This document shows, piece after piece, positions 19,642 to 28,379 of a stretch of 64,000 bases of DNA (the first letter of the stretch is position 1; each line of letters begins with the position of its first letter). The notes under the pieces are model-generated. The model was given only the letters and a program-made list of their open reading frames with translations. It ran no database searches and had not been told where the DNA came from. This DNA comes from Bacilli bacterium. Lineage in GTDB: Bacteria > Bacillota_I > Bacilli_A > RF39 > UBA660. A program made the position numbers and the translations under genes. Location of the stretch: positions 172,279-236,278 of the forward strand of contig JAFRIJ010000011.1 in assembly GCA_017432825.1 (NCBI GenBank), in the 5' to 3' direction.

Positions 19642-19764
19642 TTATGCGCATAATTTTTTTCTTTTTTTTGCTCTTCTTTTATTTAAAACGTTACCTTTTA
19701 TACGTGCAAAAAAGCCGTGTTTTTTTGCTCTTTTAGCTTTATTTGGTTGATAAGTTCTTTTCAT
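19642..19764 (-). CDS. rpmH: 50S ribosomal protein L34
   Basis: Manual translation of the minus strand gives MKRTYQPNKAKRAKKHGFFARIKGNVLNKRRAKKRKKLCA, 40 aa. Not in the ORF track because it is under 60 aa. Confidence 0.9.
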   Translation of the reverse strand: MKRTYQPNKAKRAKKHGFFARIKGNVLNKRRAKKRKKLCA

Positions 19765-19910
19765 AATATACACCTCCAACTTAAATGCTATTTTATTATA
19801 TATGTTTATTTTATATATGTCAACAATAATATTTTTAATTAATTATATTTTTTTATTTCTTTATTATTTAATTTGTGATACAATTATGATAAGAATGAGG
19901 AGGAGTTTTT

Positions 19911-21665
19911 ATGTTTAAGGAAATAACTGCTATAAGTAAAAATTATGCTATGGTTAGGATAGATGGTACTGTTAGTGATGACTTACTTAATATGAATGTT
20001 ATATTTGAAGATGGTACTAAAAAGATTCTAGGTGAAGTTGAAGAAGTTGATAAAGATCAACTAAAAATTAGTTTTTTGGGTGAATTTATTAATGGTAAAT
20101 TTTTAGGTGGTATTATTAGAAAACCTAGTTTAACTTCTAAAATTAGAATGATTAATCAAGAAGAATTAGGTGAGTTAGTTGGAGATAATGATGATAAGAG
20201 TATGGTTTTAGGTTTATCTCCTTTATATAATAACTATCCTATTAAAATAAATATTGATGAGATGTGGAGTAATCATAGTGCTATATTTGGTAATACTGGT
20301 AGTGGTAAAACATACGGTGTATCTAGATATGTACAAAATTTATTTACTATACCTGATAAAATTCCTTTTAACAGTAACATATTTATATTTAATAATACTG
20401 ATGAATATGATAATGCTTTTAAGAGTATAAATAATTATAATATTAATTTTAATTATAAGATGTATTCAATTAATGGAGATGATAATAGTTGTATTAGACT
20501 TCCATTATGGTTATTATCAGTAGATGATTATGCTAATTTATTGGATGTTACTGAATATTCTCAACTTGCTATAATTGAAAAGATGTTGAGTTTAGTATCT
20601 GCTTTTGCTAAGAAAGATGAAGAATCTAAAAGGTATCAAAATCATTTAATTGCTAGTGCTATTACTTCTGTTTTATATACTAATCAAACTCCTGGTAGAA
20701 TTAGAGATCAGATTTTTCAAATATTGGAAAGCTGTCATACTGAAGAATTAAATTTAGATGTTGAAGTCCCTGGGGTTGGATATACTAGACAATTTAGAAA
20801 ATGCTTTGAAATTGATAGTAAAGGTGAATTTGCAGAAAGAGTTTTAATAGCTGAATATATTCAGAAATTTGTTGATAACAATACTATTTGGAATGAAGAT
20901 TATGTTCCTATATATTTTACTTTATCTGATTTGGAAGTTGCTTTAAACTTTACTTTAATATCTGAGGGATTACTTCTTAATGAAAAGTCTTATTCAGAAG
21001 CTATGGCTCTTAAAGTAAGACTTCATACTTTAAATAATAGTAGTTATAAGAAAATATTTGATTATCCTAGATTTGTTAATATGAATGAATTTATTACTGA
21101 TATTATAATGGTTGGTCAAAATAAAAGAGCGCAAATTATTAATTTTGTTTTAGAAGATATTGACGATAGATTTGCTAAGGCTATTGTTAAGGTATACTGT
21201 AGAATTGTATTTAAATTTAGTAAATCTCTTAAAGAAAGAGGAGCAATGCCTATTCATTTAATGTTAGAAGAAGCTCATAGATATGTACAAAGAGATAATG
21301 ATGTTAATATTTTGGGATATAATATGTTTGAACGAATTGCTAAGGAAGGTAGAAAATTTGGCTTAGTATTAGATTTAATTACTCAAAGACCCACTGAACT
21401 ATCTGAAGCTGTTATATCACAGTGTAGTAACTTTTTAATATTTAAGATTACCCATCCTACTGATTTGGAATATATTAGAAAGATGGTACCTAATATTAGT
21501 GCTGATGTTATTGAAAAGCAAAAAGCTCTTCAATCTGGTACTTGTGTTGCTTTTGGTAGAATGATGAAAATTCCTATGATTGTTAAGATGGAATTACCTA
21601 ATCCTGAGCCTAGAAGTTCTAATGCATCTATCTATAATAAGTGGATGATTGATTGGAAGAAATAA
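19911..21665 (+). CDS. HerA/FtsK-superfamily (DUF87-like) P-loop ATPase, 584 aa, located between rpmH and oriC-dnaA
   Basis: Strong RBS GAGGAGGAG. N-terminal beta-rich domain. Walker A GNTGSGKTYG and Walker B IHLMLEEAHRY. C-terminal LITQRPTELSEAVISQCSNFLIFKITHPTDLEYI is typical of HerA-like ATPases. Confidence 0.8.
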   Translation: MFKEITAISKNYAMVRIDGTVSDDLLNMNVIFEDGTKKILGEVEEVDKDQLKISFLGEFINGKFLGGIIRKPSLTSKIRMINQEELGELVGDNDDKSMVLGLSPLYNNYPIKINIDEMWSNHSAIFGNTGSGKTYGVSRYVQNLFTIPDKIPFNSNIFIFNNTDEYDNAFKSINNYNINFNYKMYSINGDDNSCIRLPLWLLSVDDYANLLDVTEYSQLAIIEKMLSLVSAFAKKDEESKRYQNHLIASAITSVLYTNQTPGRIRDQIFQILESCHTEELNLDVEVPGVGYTRQFRKCFEIDSKGEFAERVLIAEYIQKFVDNNTIWNEDYVPIYFTLSDLEVALNFTLISEGLLLNEKSYSEAMALKVRLHTLNNSSYKKIFDYPRFVNMNEFITDIIMVGQNKRAQIINFVLEDIDDRFAKAIVKVYCRIVFKFSKSLKERGAMPIHLMLEEAHRYVQRDNDVNILGYNMFERIAKEGRKFGLVLDLITQRPTELSEAVISQCSNFLIFKITHPTDLEYIRKMVPNISADVIEKQKALQSGTCVAFGRMMKIPMIVKMELPNPEPRSSNASIYNKWMIDWKK

Positions 21666-21996
21666 ACAGTTTATTGTGGAAAAAAATATTTAATAAAGCT
21701 ATGTTTTTTAAGGCATAGCTTTTTTTTTAACTTATTTGCACATATTTCAACATGTTAAAAAATAGTTTTCCACAGGTACTGTTGTTCGTTAACTGTGGAT
21801 ATTTGTGGATAAGTCCTTTTTTCTTTTATTTTATAAGTCTTTTATTGTTGATAATTAAGTGGAAATACATATATTATTTTTGTTTATTGTTATTTATTTT
21901 CCACATTGAAAAAAATTTGTTACTTTCTAATGAAATATATACACAATTATTTTTTTTATGTTAAAATAACTTTATAAATGTTTTGGAGGTGATGAT
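21666..21996. promoter_or_regulatory. oriC part 1: DnaA-box cluster upstream of dnaA (at least 5 boxes) plus the dnaA promoter region
   Basis: TGTGGAAAA at 21678-21686. TTTTCCACA at 21766-21774 and 21897-21905. TGTGGATAT at 21794-21802. Perfect TGTGGATAA at 21804-21812. Confidence 0.7.
21696..21729 (+). terminator. Rho-independent terminator after the HerA-like gene (AAGCTATG/CATAGCTT plus T8)
   Basis: 8-bp stem followed by TTTTTTTTT. Confidence 0.5.
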
Positions 21997-23385
21997 GTGG
22001 ATATTAATTCTTTATGGAATAATTTTTTAGATAAAATTAAAGAGAATATCTCTTCACTTTCATACGAAACATGGTTTAAGGATACTAAACTAGTTAATCT
22101 TAATGATAATACTGCTACTGTTATTGTTCCTATGCCTTTTCATAAAAAGCATTTGGTAGAAAATTATAAAAATATTATTGAAGATACTTTTTGTAATATT
22201 ACTGGAACTAAATTTAATTTTAATTTTTTATTAGAAGAGGAATGGAATTTAGAGAAGGATTCTATTGAAGAAATTATTTCTTCTTCTAGTTTAAGTAATA
22301 ATAATGATTTAGGCGGTGTGGTTAATCAATCTTATGAAGATGCTAATTTAAATCCTGATTATTCTTTTACTAACTTTATTGTAGGAAACTCTAATAGATT
22401 TGCATATACTGCTTCTATGGCTGTAGCAGAAAAACCTGGTAAAGCTTATAATCCATTGTTTTTATATGGGAAAAGTGGTTTAGGTAAAACTCATCTTATG
22501 CATTCTATTGGTAATTATATTATAGAGAATAGTAATTTAAGAGTTTTATATATTTCAAGTGATAAGTTTGTTAATGATTTTATTAATGCTGTTAGAAGTA
22601 ATGATAAAGATAATTTTGATAAAATTGATTCATTTAAAAATAAATATCGTAATATCGATGTGTTAATGATTGATGATATTCAATTTTTAGGTAATGCTAC
22701 TAAGGGTCAAGAGGAATTTTTTCATACTTTTAATGAATTATATAATTGTAATAAACAGATTGTTATTGCATCTGATAGATCTGTTGATGATTTAAAGATG
22801 TTGGAAAATAGGCTTCTTACTAGGTTTAATTGGGGACTTACTGCTAATATTACTCCTCCTGATTTTGAGCTAAGAATGAATATTATAAGAAAAAAGATAG
22901 CCCATCAAGAGTCTGCTAAAGATGTTCCAGATGAGGTTATAGAATATATTGCTAATAACTTTGCTTCTGATGTTCGTAAGCTGGAGGGTGCTATTACTAG
23001 AGTATTTGCTTACGCTCTTATGATGAATAAGGGTATTGTTGATTTAGATACTGCAGTAGATGCTTTAAAAGATCAGTTAACCGACAGAAGTGTTTATAAA
23101 AACGATATAAATAGAATTCAGACTGTTGTTTGTGATTATTTTAAAATTGATTTAGATGACATGAAGGGTAAAAAAAGGAGTCAAAATATTAATTATCCTA
23201 GACAAGTTGCTATATATTTATGTAGAACTATGGCTAATGAGTCATTTCCTAAGATTGGTACACACTTTGGTGGTAGAGATCATTCTACCATTATGAGTTC
23301 ATATAATAAAATAGAAAGAGATTTAAAAAATAATGAACAATTAAAAGTTGTAATTAATGATTTAAAAAAGATGTTATCAACATAG
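21997..23385 (+). CDS. dnaA: Chromosomal replication initiator protein DnaA
   Basis: AAA+ motifs GKSGLGKTHL and IDDIQFLG; C-terminal DNA-binding domain. GTG start 7 nt after a GGAGG RBS. Confidence 0.97.
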   Translation: MDINSLWNNFLDKIKENISSLSYETWFKDTKLVNLNDNTATVIVPMPFHKKHLVENYKNIIEDTFCNITGTKFNFNFLLEEEWNLEKDSIEEIISSSSLSNNNDLGGVVNQSYEDANLNPDYSFTNFIVGNSNRFAYTASMAVAEKPGKAYNPLFLYGKSGLGKTHLMHSIGNYIIENSNLRVLYISSDKFVNDFINAVRSNDKDNFDKIDSFKNKYRNIDVLMIDDIQFLGNATKGQEEFFHTFNELYNCNKQIVIASDRSVDDLKMLENRLLTRFNWGLTANITPPDFELRMNIIRKKIAHQESAKDVPDEVIEYIANNFASDVRKLEGAITRVFAYALMMNKGIVDLDTAVDALKDQLTDRSVYKNDINRIQTVVCDYFKIDLDDMKGKKRSQNINYPRQVAIYLCRTMANESFPKIGTHFGGRDHSTIMSSYNKIERDLKNNEQLKVVINDLKKMLST

Positions 23386-23521
23386 TGTGTTGAAATTGAT
23401 ACTTGTTATCAACAAGCTTGTGGAAAATAAATCCTTATAATATAAGAGTATAATTAACTTTTCCACAGTTTCCACTCTATAATAATAAATAATTAATATT
23501 AATAAAGAAAGAAGGATTATT
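23386..23521. promoter_or_regulatory. oriC part 2: DnaA boxes plus an AT-rich unwinding element between dnaA and dnaN
   Basis: TTATCAACA at 23406-23414. TGTGGAAAA at 23419-23427. TTTTCCACA at 23459-23467. These are followed by the AT tract TATAATAATAAATAATTAATATTAATAAAG. Confidence 0.65.
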
Positions 23522-24637
23522 ATGAAATTTGTTATTAAACAAGAAATATTATTAGAAAGTTTAAATCATACTTCTAGAGCTATTTCACCTAGAAATTTAA
23601 TTCCTATTTTAACAGGTATTAAATTTGATTTAAAAGAAGAAGGATTATTTTTATCTGCAAGTGATACAGATATTTCTATTAGATGTCTTATTCCTAATGA
23701 TAAAATTGAAGAAATAAGTGAGTTGGGTAGTGTTGTTATTGGTGGAAAATATATTGTTGAAATAATTAAAAAACTTCCTAATGTAGATATTACAATAGAG
23801 GTTATAGATGGATATAAGATGATTGTTAGTACTACTAATACTGAATTTAGTTTAAATGGGATTAATCCTAATGAATTTCCTAATTTAGATTTAGATACAA
23901 CTAAAGAACCTATAATTATAAATACTAACTTGTTTAAAAAAGTTATTAATCAGACTTTTTTCGCTACTTCTCAAAATGAGTCTAGGCCTCTTTTAACTGG
24001 TATTAATTTCAGAATTGAAGATAATAAAATGGAAGTTATGGCTACAGATTCATATAGATTATCTAGAAAGATTGTTGAATTAGATAAACATTTTGATAAT
24101 CCTATTAATATTGTTATTCCGGGTAAGAATTTATTAGAATTATCTAAAATAATGGATGATGATAAAGATAATTTAGAATTACATTTATTTGATAATAAAA
24201 TTTTATTTAAATATAAGAATATTTTATTTTTATCAAGATTGTTATCTGGTACATATCCTGCTACTTCTTCTATTATTCCTGATAATTTCAGTGTTTCTGT
24301 TGAATGTAGTTGTATTTCTTTGTTTGAAATGATTGATAGGGCATCTTTACTAACATCTGATAGGGATAAAAATACTATTAAATTACAACTTTCTAAAAAG
24401 GAATTGGTAATTTCATCTAATTCTCCTGAGATTGGTAAGGTTGAGGAAAAGATGAAAGTTAAGAGTAGTGATGAGATATCTATTTCTTTTAGTTCTAAAT
24501 ATATGTTGGATGCTGTTAGAAGTTTTGAGACTGAAAATATTACTTTATATATGAATAGTGATAGTAGTCCTATTATTATTAAATCTTCTAAAGATGATAG
24601 TTTAATTCAATTGGTTTTACCTATTAAAACATATTAA
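23522..24637 (+). CDS. dnaN: DNA polymerase III beta sliding clamp
   Basis: 371 aa, three-domain clamp; conserved position after dnaA. Confidence 0.95.
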   Translation: MKFVIKQEILLESLNHTSRAISPRNLIPILTGIKFDLKEEGLFLSASDTDISIRCLIPNDKIEEISELGSVVIGGKYIVEIIKKLPNVDITIEVIDGYKMIVSTTNTEFSLNGINPNEFPNLDLDTTKEPIIINTNLFKKVINQTFFATSQNESRPLLTGINFRIEDNKMEVMATDSYRLSRKIVELDKHFDNPINIVIPGKNLLELSKIMDDDKDNLELHLFDNKILFKYKNILFLSRLLSGTYPATSSIIPDNFSVSVECSCISLFEMIDRASLLTSDRDKNTIKLQLSKKELVISSNSPEIGKVEEKMKVKSSDEISISFSSKYMLDAVRSFETENITLYMNSDSSPIIIKSSKDDSLIQLVLPIKTY

Positions 24638-24666
24638 AATTAACTAATTTAGTTAATTTTTTTCTT
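24638..24666 (+). terminator. Terminator after dnaN (AATTAACTA/TAGTTAATT plus T-run)
   Basis: 9-bp perfect stem, 3-nt loop, T-rich tail. Confidence 0.45.
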
Positions 24667-24749
24667 TTTATGACATAATTCTACTTTTTTTGACATTTAT
24701 TTATGTTTTAATTATTTTGTCACGTTATTTTATGTGATAAGGGGGATTT

Positions 24750-25226
24750 ATGAAAGAAAAGGTAGATTATGTTATTAATTATGAAACTTTACTTATTATG
24801 CCTTATGAAAATGACAAAAGTAAGGTATATGAATATGATGAAATTTTTATAGTTAATATGAATGTAATGGATATTATTAAGAATAGTTGTTTATTTTTTG
24901 GAAGTTCTTTAGATGGTAGGAAAGAGGGAACTAAGCATTTGATTAGTTGCGAGATGAAGGTACCAATTATTGTTGAGGATAGTGGATTACTTATATTCTT
25001 TCCTACTGGATCTTATAGAAATAAATCTAATATATGGATTTCTTATAATAATATACTTAATTATTCTAAAATAGATAGTAATCATACTATGATATTTTTT
25101 AAAGAAAATAATAATATTTCTATTAATGTTAAGTATAATATTTTAGATAATCAGATTATTAGATGTATTAAATTAGATGCTGTTTTTAATAAAAGAAGAT
25201 TATGTTCAAATTTGAGTGAAAAATAG
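24750..25226 (+). CDS. ComK-family protein (competence transcription factor-like), 158 aa
   Basis: Strong match to recalled B. subtilis ComK. SCLFFGSSLDGRKEGT compares with SCRFFGSSYAGRKAGT. KVPIIVEDSGLLIFFPTGS compares with KPPIMVDPSNQIFLFPTLS. WIS and NQIIRCIKL compare with NQVYRTAWL. RBS is AAGGGGGA. Confidence 0.75.
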   Translation: MKEKVDYVINYETLLIMPYENDKSKVYEYDEIFIVNMNVMDIIKNSCLFFGSSLDGRKEGTKHLISCEMKVPIIVEDSGLLIFFPTGSYRNKSNIWISYNNILNYSKIDSNHTMIFFKENNNISINVKYNILDNQIIRCIKLDAVFNKRRLCSNLSEK

Positions 25227-25247
25227 TGAATATTTTTCACTTTTTTC
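25225..25247 (+). terminator. Weak terminator after the comK-like gene
   Basis: 6-bp stem GTGAAA/TTTCAC followed by T6. Confidence 0.3.
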
Positions 25248-25331
25248 TTTATAAAATAAGGAATTTATGATATAATTATTATACTTAATATGGAATTAGG
25301 TTTGGTGATTTAATGGGTAGTTTATATTTTT

Positions 25332-26462
25332 ATGATTATTAACAATTTAAAGTTAAGAAATTTCAGAAATTATAGTTATTTAGATATTGAATTATCTAAA
25401 AAATTAAATATTTTTATTGGAAATAATGCTCAAGGTAAATCTAATTTATTAGAGTCTATAGTTGTTTTAGCTCTTACTAAATCTTATTTAAATGTTAAGG
25501 ATGAAAATTTAATTAAGGATGGAGAAAATGTATCTATATTAGAAGCGAATGTTAATTCTTTAAATACTAATAAGAAATTATTTGTTAGTTTTTCTAATAG
25601 TGTTAAGAAACTTAAAATTAATGATGTTGAAATTAAAAAGTATATTGATTATGTTTCTAATATTAAATTTGTTTTATTTAGTCCTATGGATATTACTTTA
25701 ATTAAGGATAGTCCTGCTGTTAGAAGGAAGTATTTTAATATAGAGATTAGTCAAATATCTAATAATTATATTAAATTACTTCAAAAATATAATGTTTTAT
25801 TAAAGAAAAGAAATCAATTTCTTAAAAGTATTAATGATATTAGTTTTGATAATGATTATTTTATTAATATTTTAGATGATAATTTTTCAACACTTGCTTT
25901 GGATATTACATTTGAAAGAAAAAAGTTTATTGATGATATAAATAATTATATTGGTAAGATATATTATGAATTAACTGGTGATAATGGATTAATGTTAGTT
26001 TATAATAATTCTATTCCTTTTGATGAAGATAAAGAATTGATGAAAAATAATTTTATTGATAAGTTAAAAGATAATTATATGAGAGATAAGTTATATGGTA
26101 TGACTTTGAATGGTCCTCATAGAGATGATTATTCTATTTATTTAGATGGAAAGGATTTATCTTTATATGGTTCTCAAGGGCAAAATAGATCTGCAATATT
26201 GGCTTTAAAATTGTCTTTATTAGATATTTTTAAAGATATTACAAATGATTATCCAATTTTGCTTTTAGATGACATTTTTAGTGAATTAGATCTTGATAAA
26301 AGGAATAGATTAATTAAATATATTATGAATGATATTCAAACTATTATTACTACTACTGATTTAGATATGATTGATGAGTCTTTAGTAAATAATGCTAAGG
26401 TATTTATTGTTGATAATGGTAATGTTAATGTTTTAGAGAAGGAAGGTAATAAACATGAATAA
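25332..26462 (+). CDS. recF: DNA replication and repair protein RecF
   Basis: Walker [10 protein letters not shown]; SMC-like ends; overlaps the gyrB start by 8 nt. Confidence 0.95.
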   Translation: MIINNLKLRNFRNYSYLDIELSKKLNIFIGNNAQGKSNLLESIVVLALTKSYLNVKDENLIKDGENVSILEANVNSLNTNKKLFVSFSNSVKKLKINDVEIKKYIDYVSNIKFVLFSPMDITLIKDSPAVRRKYFNIEISQISNNYIKLLQKYNVLLKKRNQFLKSINDISFDNDYFINILDDNFSTLALDITFERKKFIDDINNYIGKIYYELTGDNGLMLVYNNSIPFDEDKELMKNNFIDKLKDNYMRDKLYGMTLNGPHRDDYSIYLDGKDLSLYGSQGQNRSAILALKLSLLDIFKDITNDYPILLLDDIFSELDLDKRNRLIKYIMNDIQTIITTTDLDMIDESLVNNAKVFIVDNGNVNVLEKEGNKHE

Positions 26463-28368
26463 TGAACATTATGAAGCTTCTGATATACAAGTTTTAGAGG
26501 GTTTGGAAGCTGTTAGAAAAAGACCAGGTATGTATATTGGTACTACTAGTTCTAGAGGTTTGCATCATTTAGTATGGGAAATTGTGGATAATGCTATTGA
26601 TGAAGCTTTGGCTGGATATTGTGATGATATTGAAATAATTATTAATAAGGATGGTTCTGTTACTGTTAAGGATGATGGTAGAGGTATACCTGTTGAAGTT
26701 CATCCTAAGACTGGTTTATCTACTGTAGAAACTGTTTATACAGTACTTCATGCAGGTGGTAAATTTGGTGGTGGAGGATATAAAGTATCTGGTGGATTAC
26801 ATGGAGTTGGTGCTTCTGTTGTTAATGCTTTATCTAAATGGGTTGAGGTAACAGTTTATAAGCATGGAAAGGTACATAATATTAAATTTGCTAATGGTGG
26901 TAAGACTACTCAACCATTAACAGTTGTTGGTGAATGTAGTGAAGATAGAACTGGAACTACTGTTAGTTTTATGCCAGATCCTGAAATTTTTACGGAAACT
27001 ACTGAATTTGATTATGATACTTTAAAGACTAGAGCAAGAGAGTTAGCTTTTTTGAATAAGGGATTAAGAATAATATTAATGGATGATAGAGATGGACAAT
27101 CTGATACTTTTGTTTATGAAGGTGGTATTAGAGAATTTGTATCATATGTTAATAGAAATAAAACTCCTATTCATGAGGATATAATTTATGTTGAGGGTGT
27201 GGAAAACGATATTTCTATTGAAGTTGCTATGCAATACAATGATGGTTATAATCCTACTATATATTCTTTTGTTAATAATATTATTACTCCTGAAGGTGGT
27301 ACTCATGAGGATGGTGTAAAAAATAGTTTAACTAGAATTATTAATAATTATGCTAAACAGAATAAGTTGGTTAAGGATAATGATGAACCTTTATCTGGTG
27401 AAGATGTTAGAGAGGGATTATCCATGATTATCTCTGCTAAAGTTCCAGAACCTCAATTTGAAGGACAGACTAAGACTAAACTTGGTAATAGTGAAGTTAG
27501 AAAAGTTGCTGCTAGTGTATTTGCTAGCGGATTTGAGAGATTTTTATTAGAGCATCCTAATGATGCTAAGATTATAATTGATAAAGCTAATACTGCTGCT
27601 AGAGCTAGAGTTGCAGCAAAAAGAGCTAGAGAGCTTACTAGAAGAAAAGGTGGTTTAGAAGTAAGTAATTTTTGGGGAAAATTAACTGATTGTTCATCTA
27701 ATGACGCTACTATATCTGAGATGTTTATAGTAGAGGGTGATTCTGCTGCTGGTTCTGCTGTTAGTGGAAGAGATCCTATTACTCAAGCAATACTTCCTAT
27801 TAGGGGTAAGATTCTTAATGTTGAAAAAGCTAGGTTAGATAGAGTTTTAGCTAATGAAGAAATTAGGACTATGATTACTGCTTTAGGTACTGGGATTGGT
27901 GAAGAATTTGATATTGATAAGTTAAGATATTATAAGATAATTATTATGACTGATGCTGATGTTGATGGAGCTCATATTAGAACATTGCTTTTAACGCTAT
28001 TTTATAGGTATTTTAGGCCTCTTATAGATGGTGGGCATATATATGCTGCACAGCCTCCTCTTTATTCAATTAAGCATGGAAAAAATATTAAATATGTTCT
28101 TGATGAATCAGAACGAGATAAATATTTACAAACTTTACCTCCAAATACAAAATATGAAATTGGTAGAATGAAGGGACTTGGTGAAATGGATCCAGAGGAA
28201 TTAAGAGAAACTACTATGGGTATTAATAATAGAGTTTTAAAACAAATTACTATGGATGATGCGATGGCTGCTGATGAGACTTTTCAGCTTCTTATGGGTG
28301 AAGATGTTGAACCTAGAAGAAAATTTATTGAAGATAACGCTTTGAATGTGTTAAATCTTGATATTTAG
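26455..28368 (+). CDS. gyrB: DNA gyrase subunit B
   Basis: GHKL ATPase, TOPRIM (EGDSAAG), PLRGKILN; 637 aa. Confidence 0.97.
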   Translation: MNNEHYEASDIQVLEGLEAVRKRPGMYIGTTSSRGLHHLVWEIVDNAIDEALAGYCDDIEIIINKDGSVTVKDDGRGIPVEVHPKTGLSTVETVYTVLHAGGKFGGGGYKVSGGLHGVGASVVNALSKWVEVTVYKHGKVHNIKFANGGKTTQPLTVVGECSEDRTGTTVSFMPDPEIFTETTEFDYDTLKTRARELAFLNKGLRIILMDDRDGQSDTFVYEGGIREFVSYVNRNKTPIHEDIIYVEGVENDISIEVAMQYNDGYNPTIYSFVNNIITPEGGTHEDGVKNSLTRIINNYAKQNKLVKDNDEPLSGEDVREGLSMIISAKVPEPQFEGQTKTKLGNSEVRKVAASVFASGFERFLLEHPNDAKIIIDKANTAARARVAAKRARELTRRKGGLEVSNFWGKLTDCSSNDATISEMFIVEGDSAAGSAVSGRDPITQAILPIRGKILNVEKARLDRVLANEEIRTMITALGTGIGEEFDIDKLRYYKIIIMTDADVDGAHIRTLLLTLFYRYFRPLIDGGHIYAAQPPLYSIKHGKNIKYVLDESERDKYLQTLPPNTKYEIGRMKGLGEMDPEELRETTMGINNRVLKQITMDDAMAADETFQLLMGEDVEPRRKFIEDNALNVLNLDI

Positions 28369-28379
28369 GGAGGTATTTT

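Noticed and set aside
19580-19910. Possible additional DnaA boxes upstream of the HerA-like gene (the classical rpmH-proximal position)
   Set aside because: No 9-mer within one mismatch of TTATCCACA was found. The boxes lie downstream of the HerA-like gene instead.
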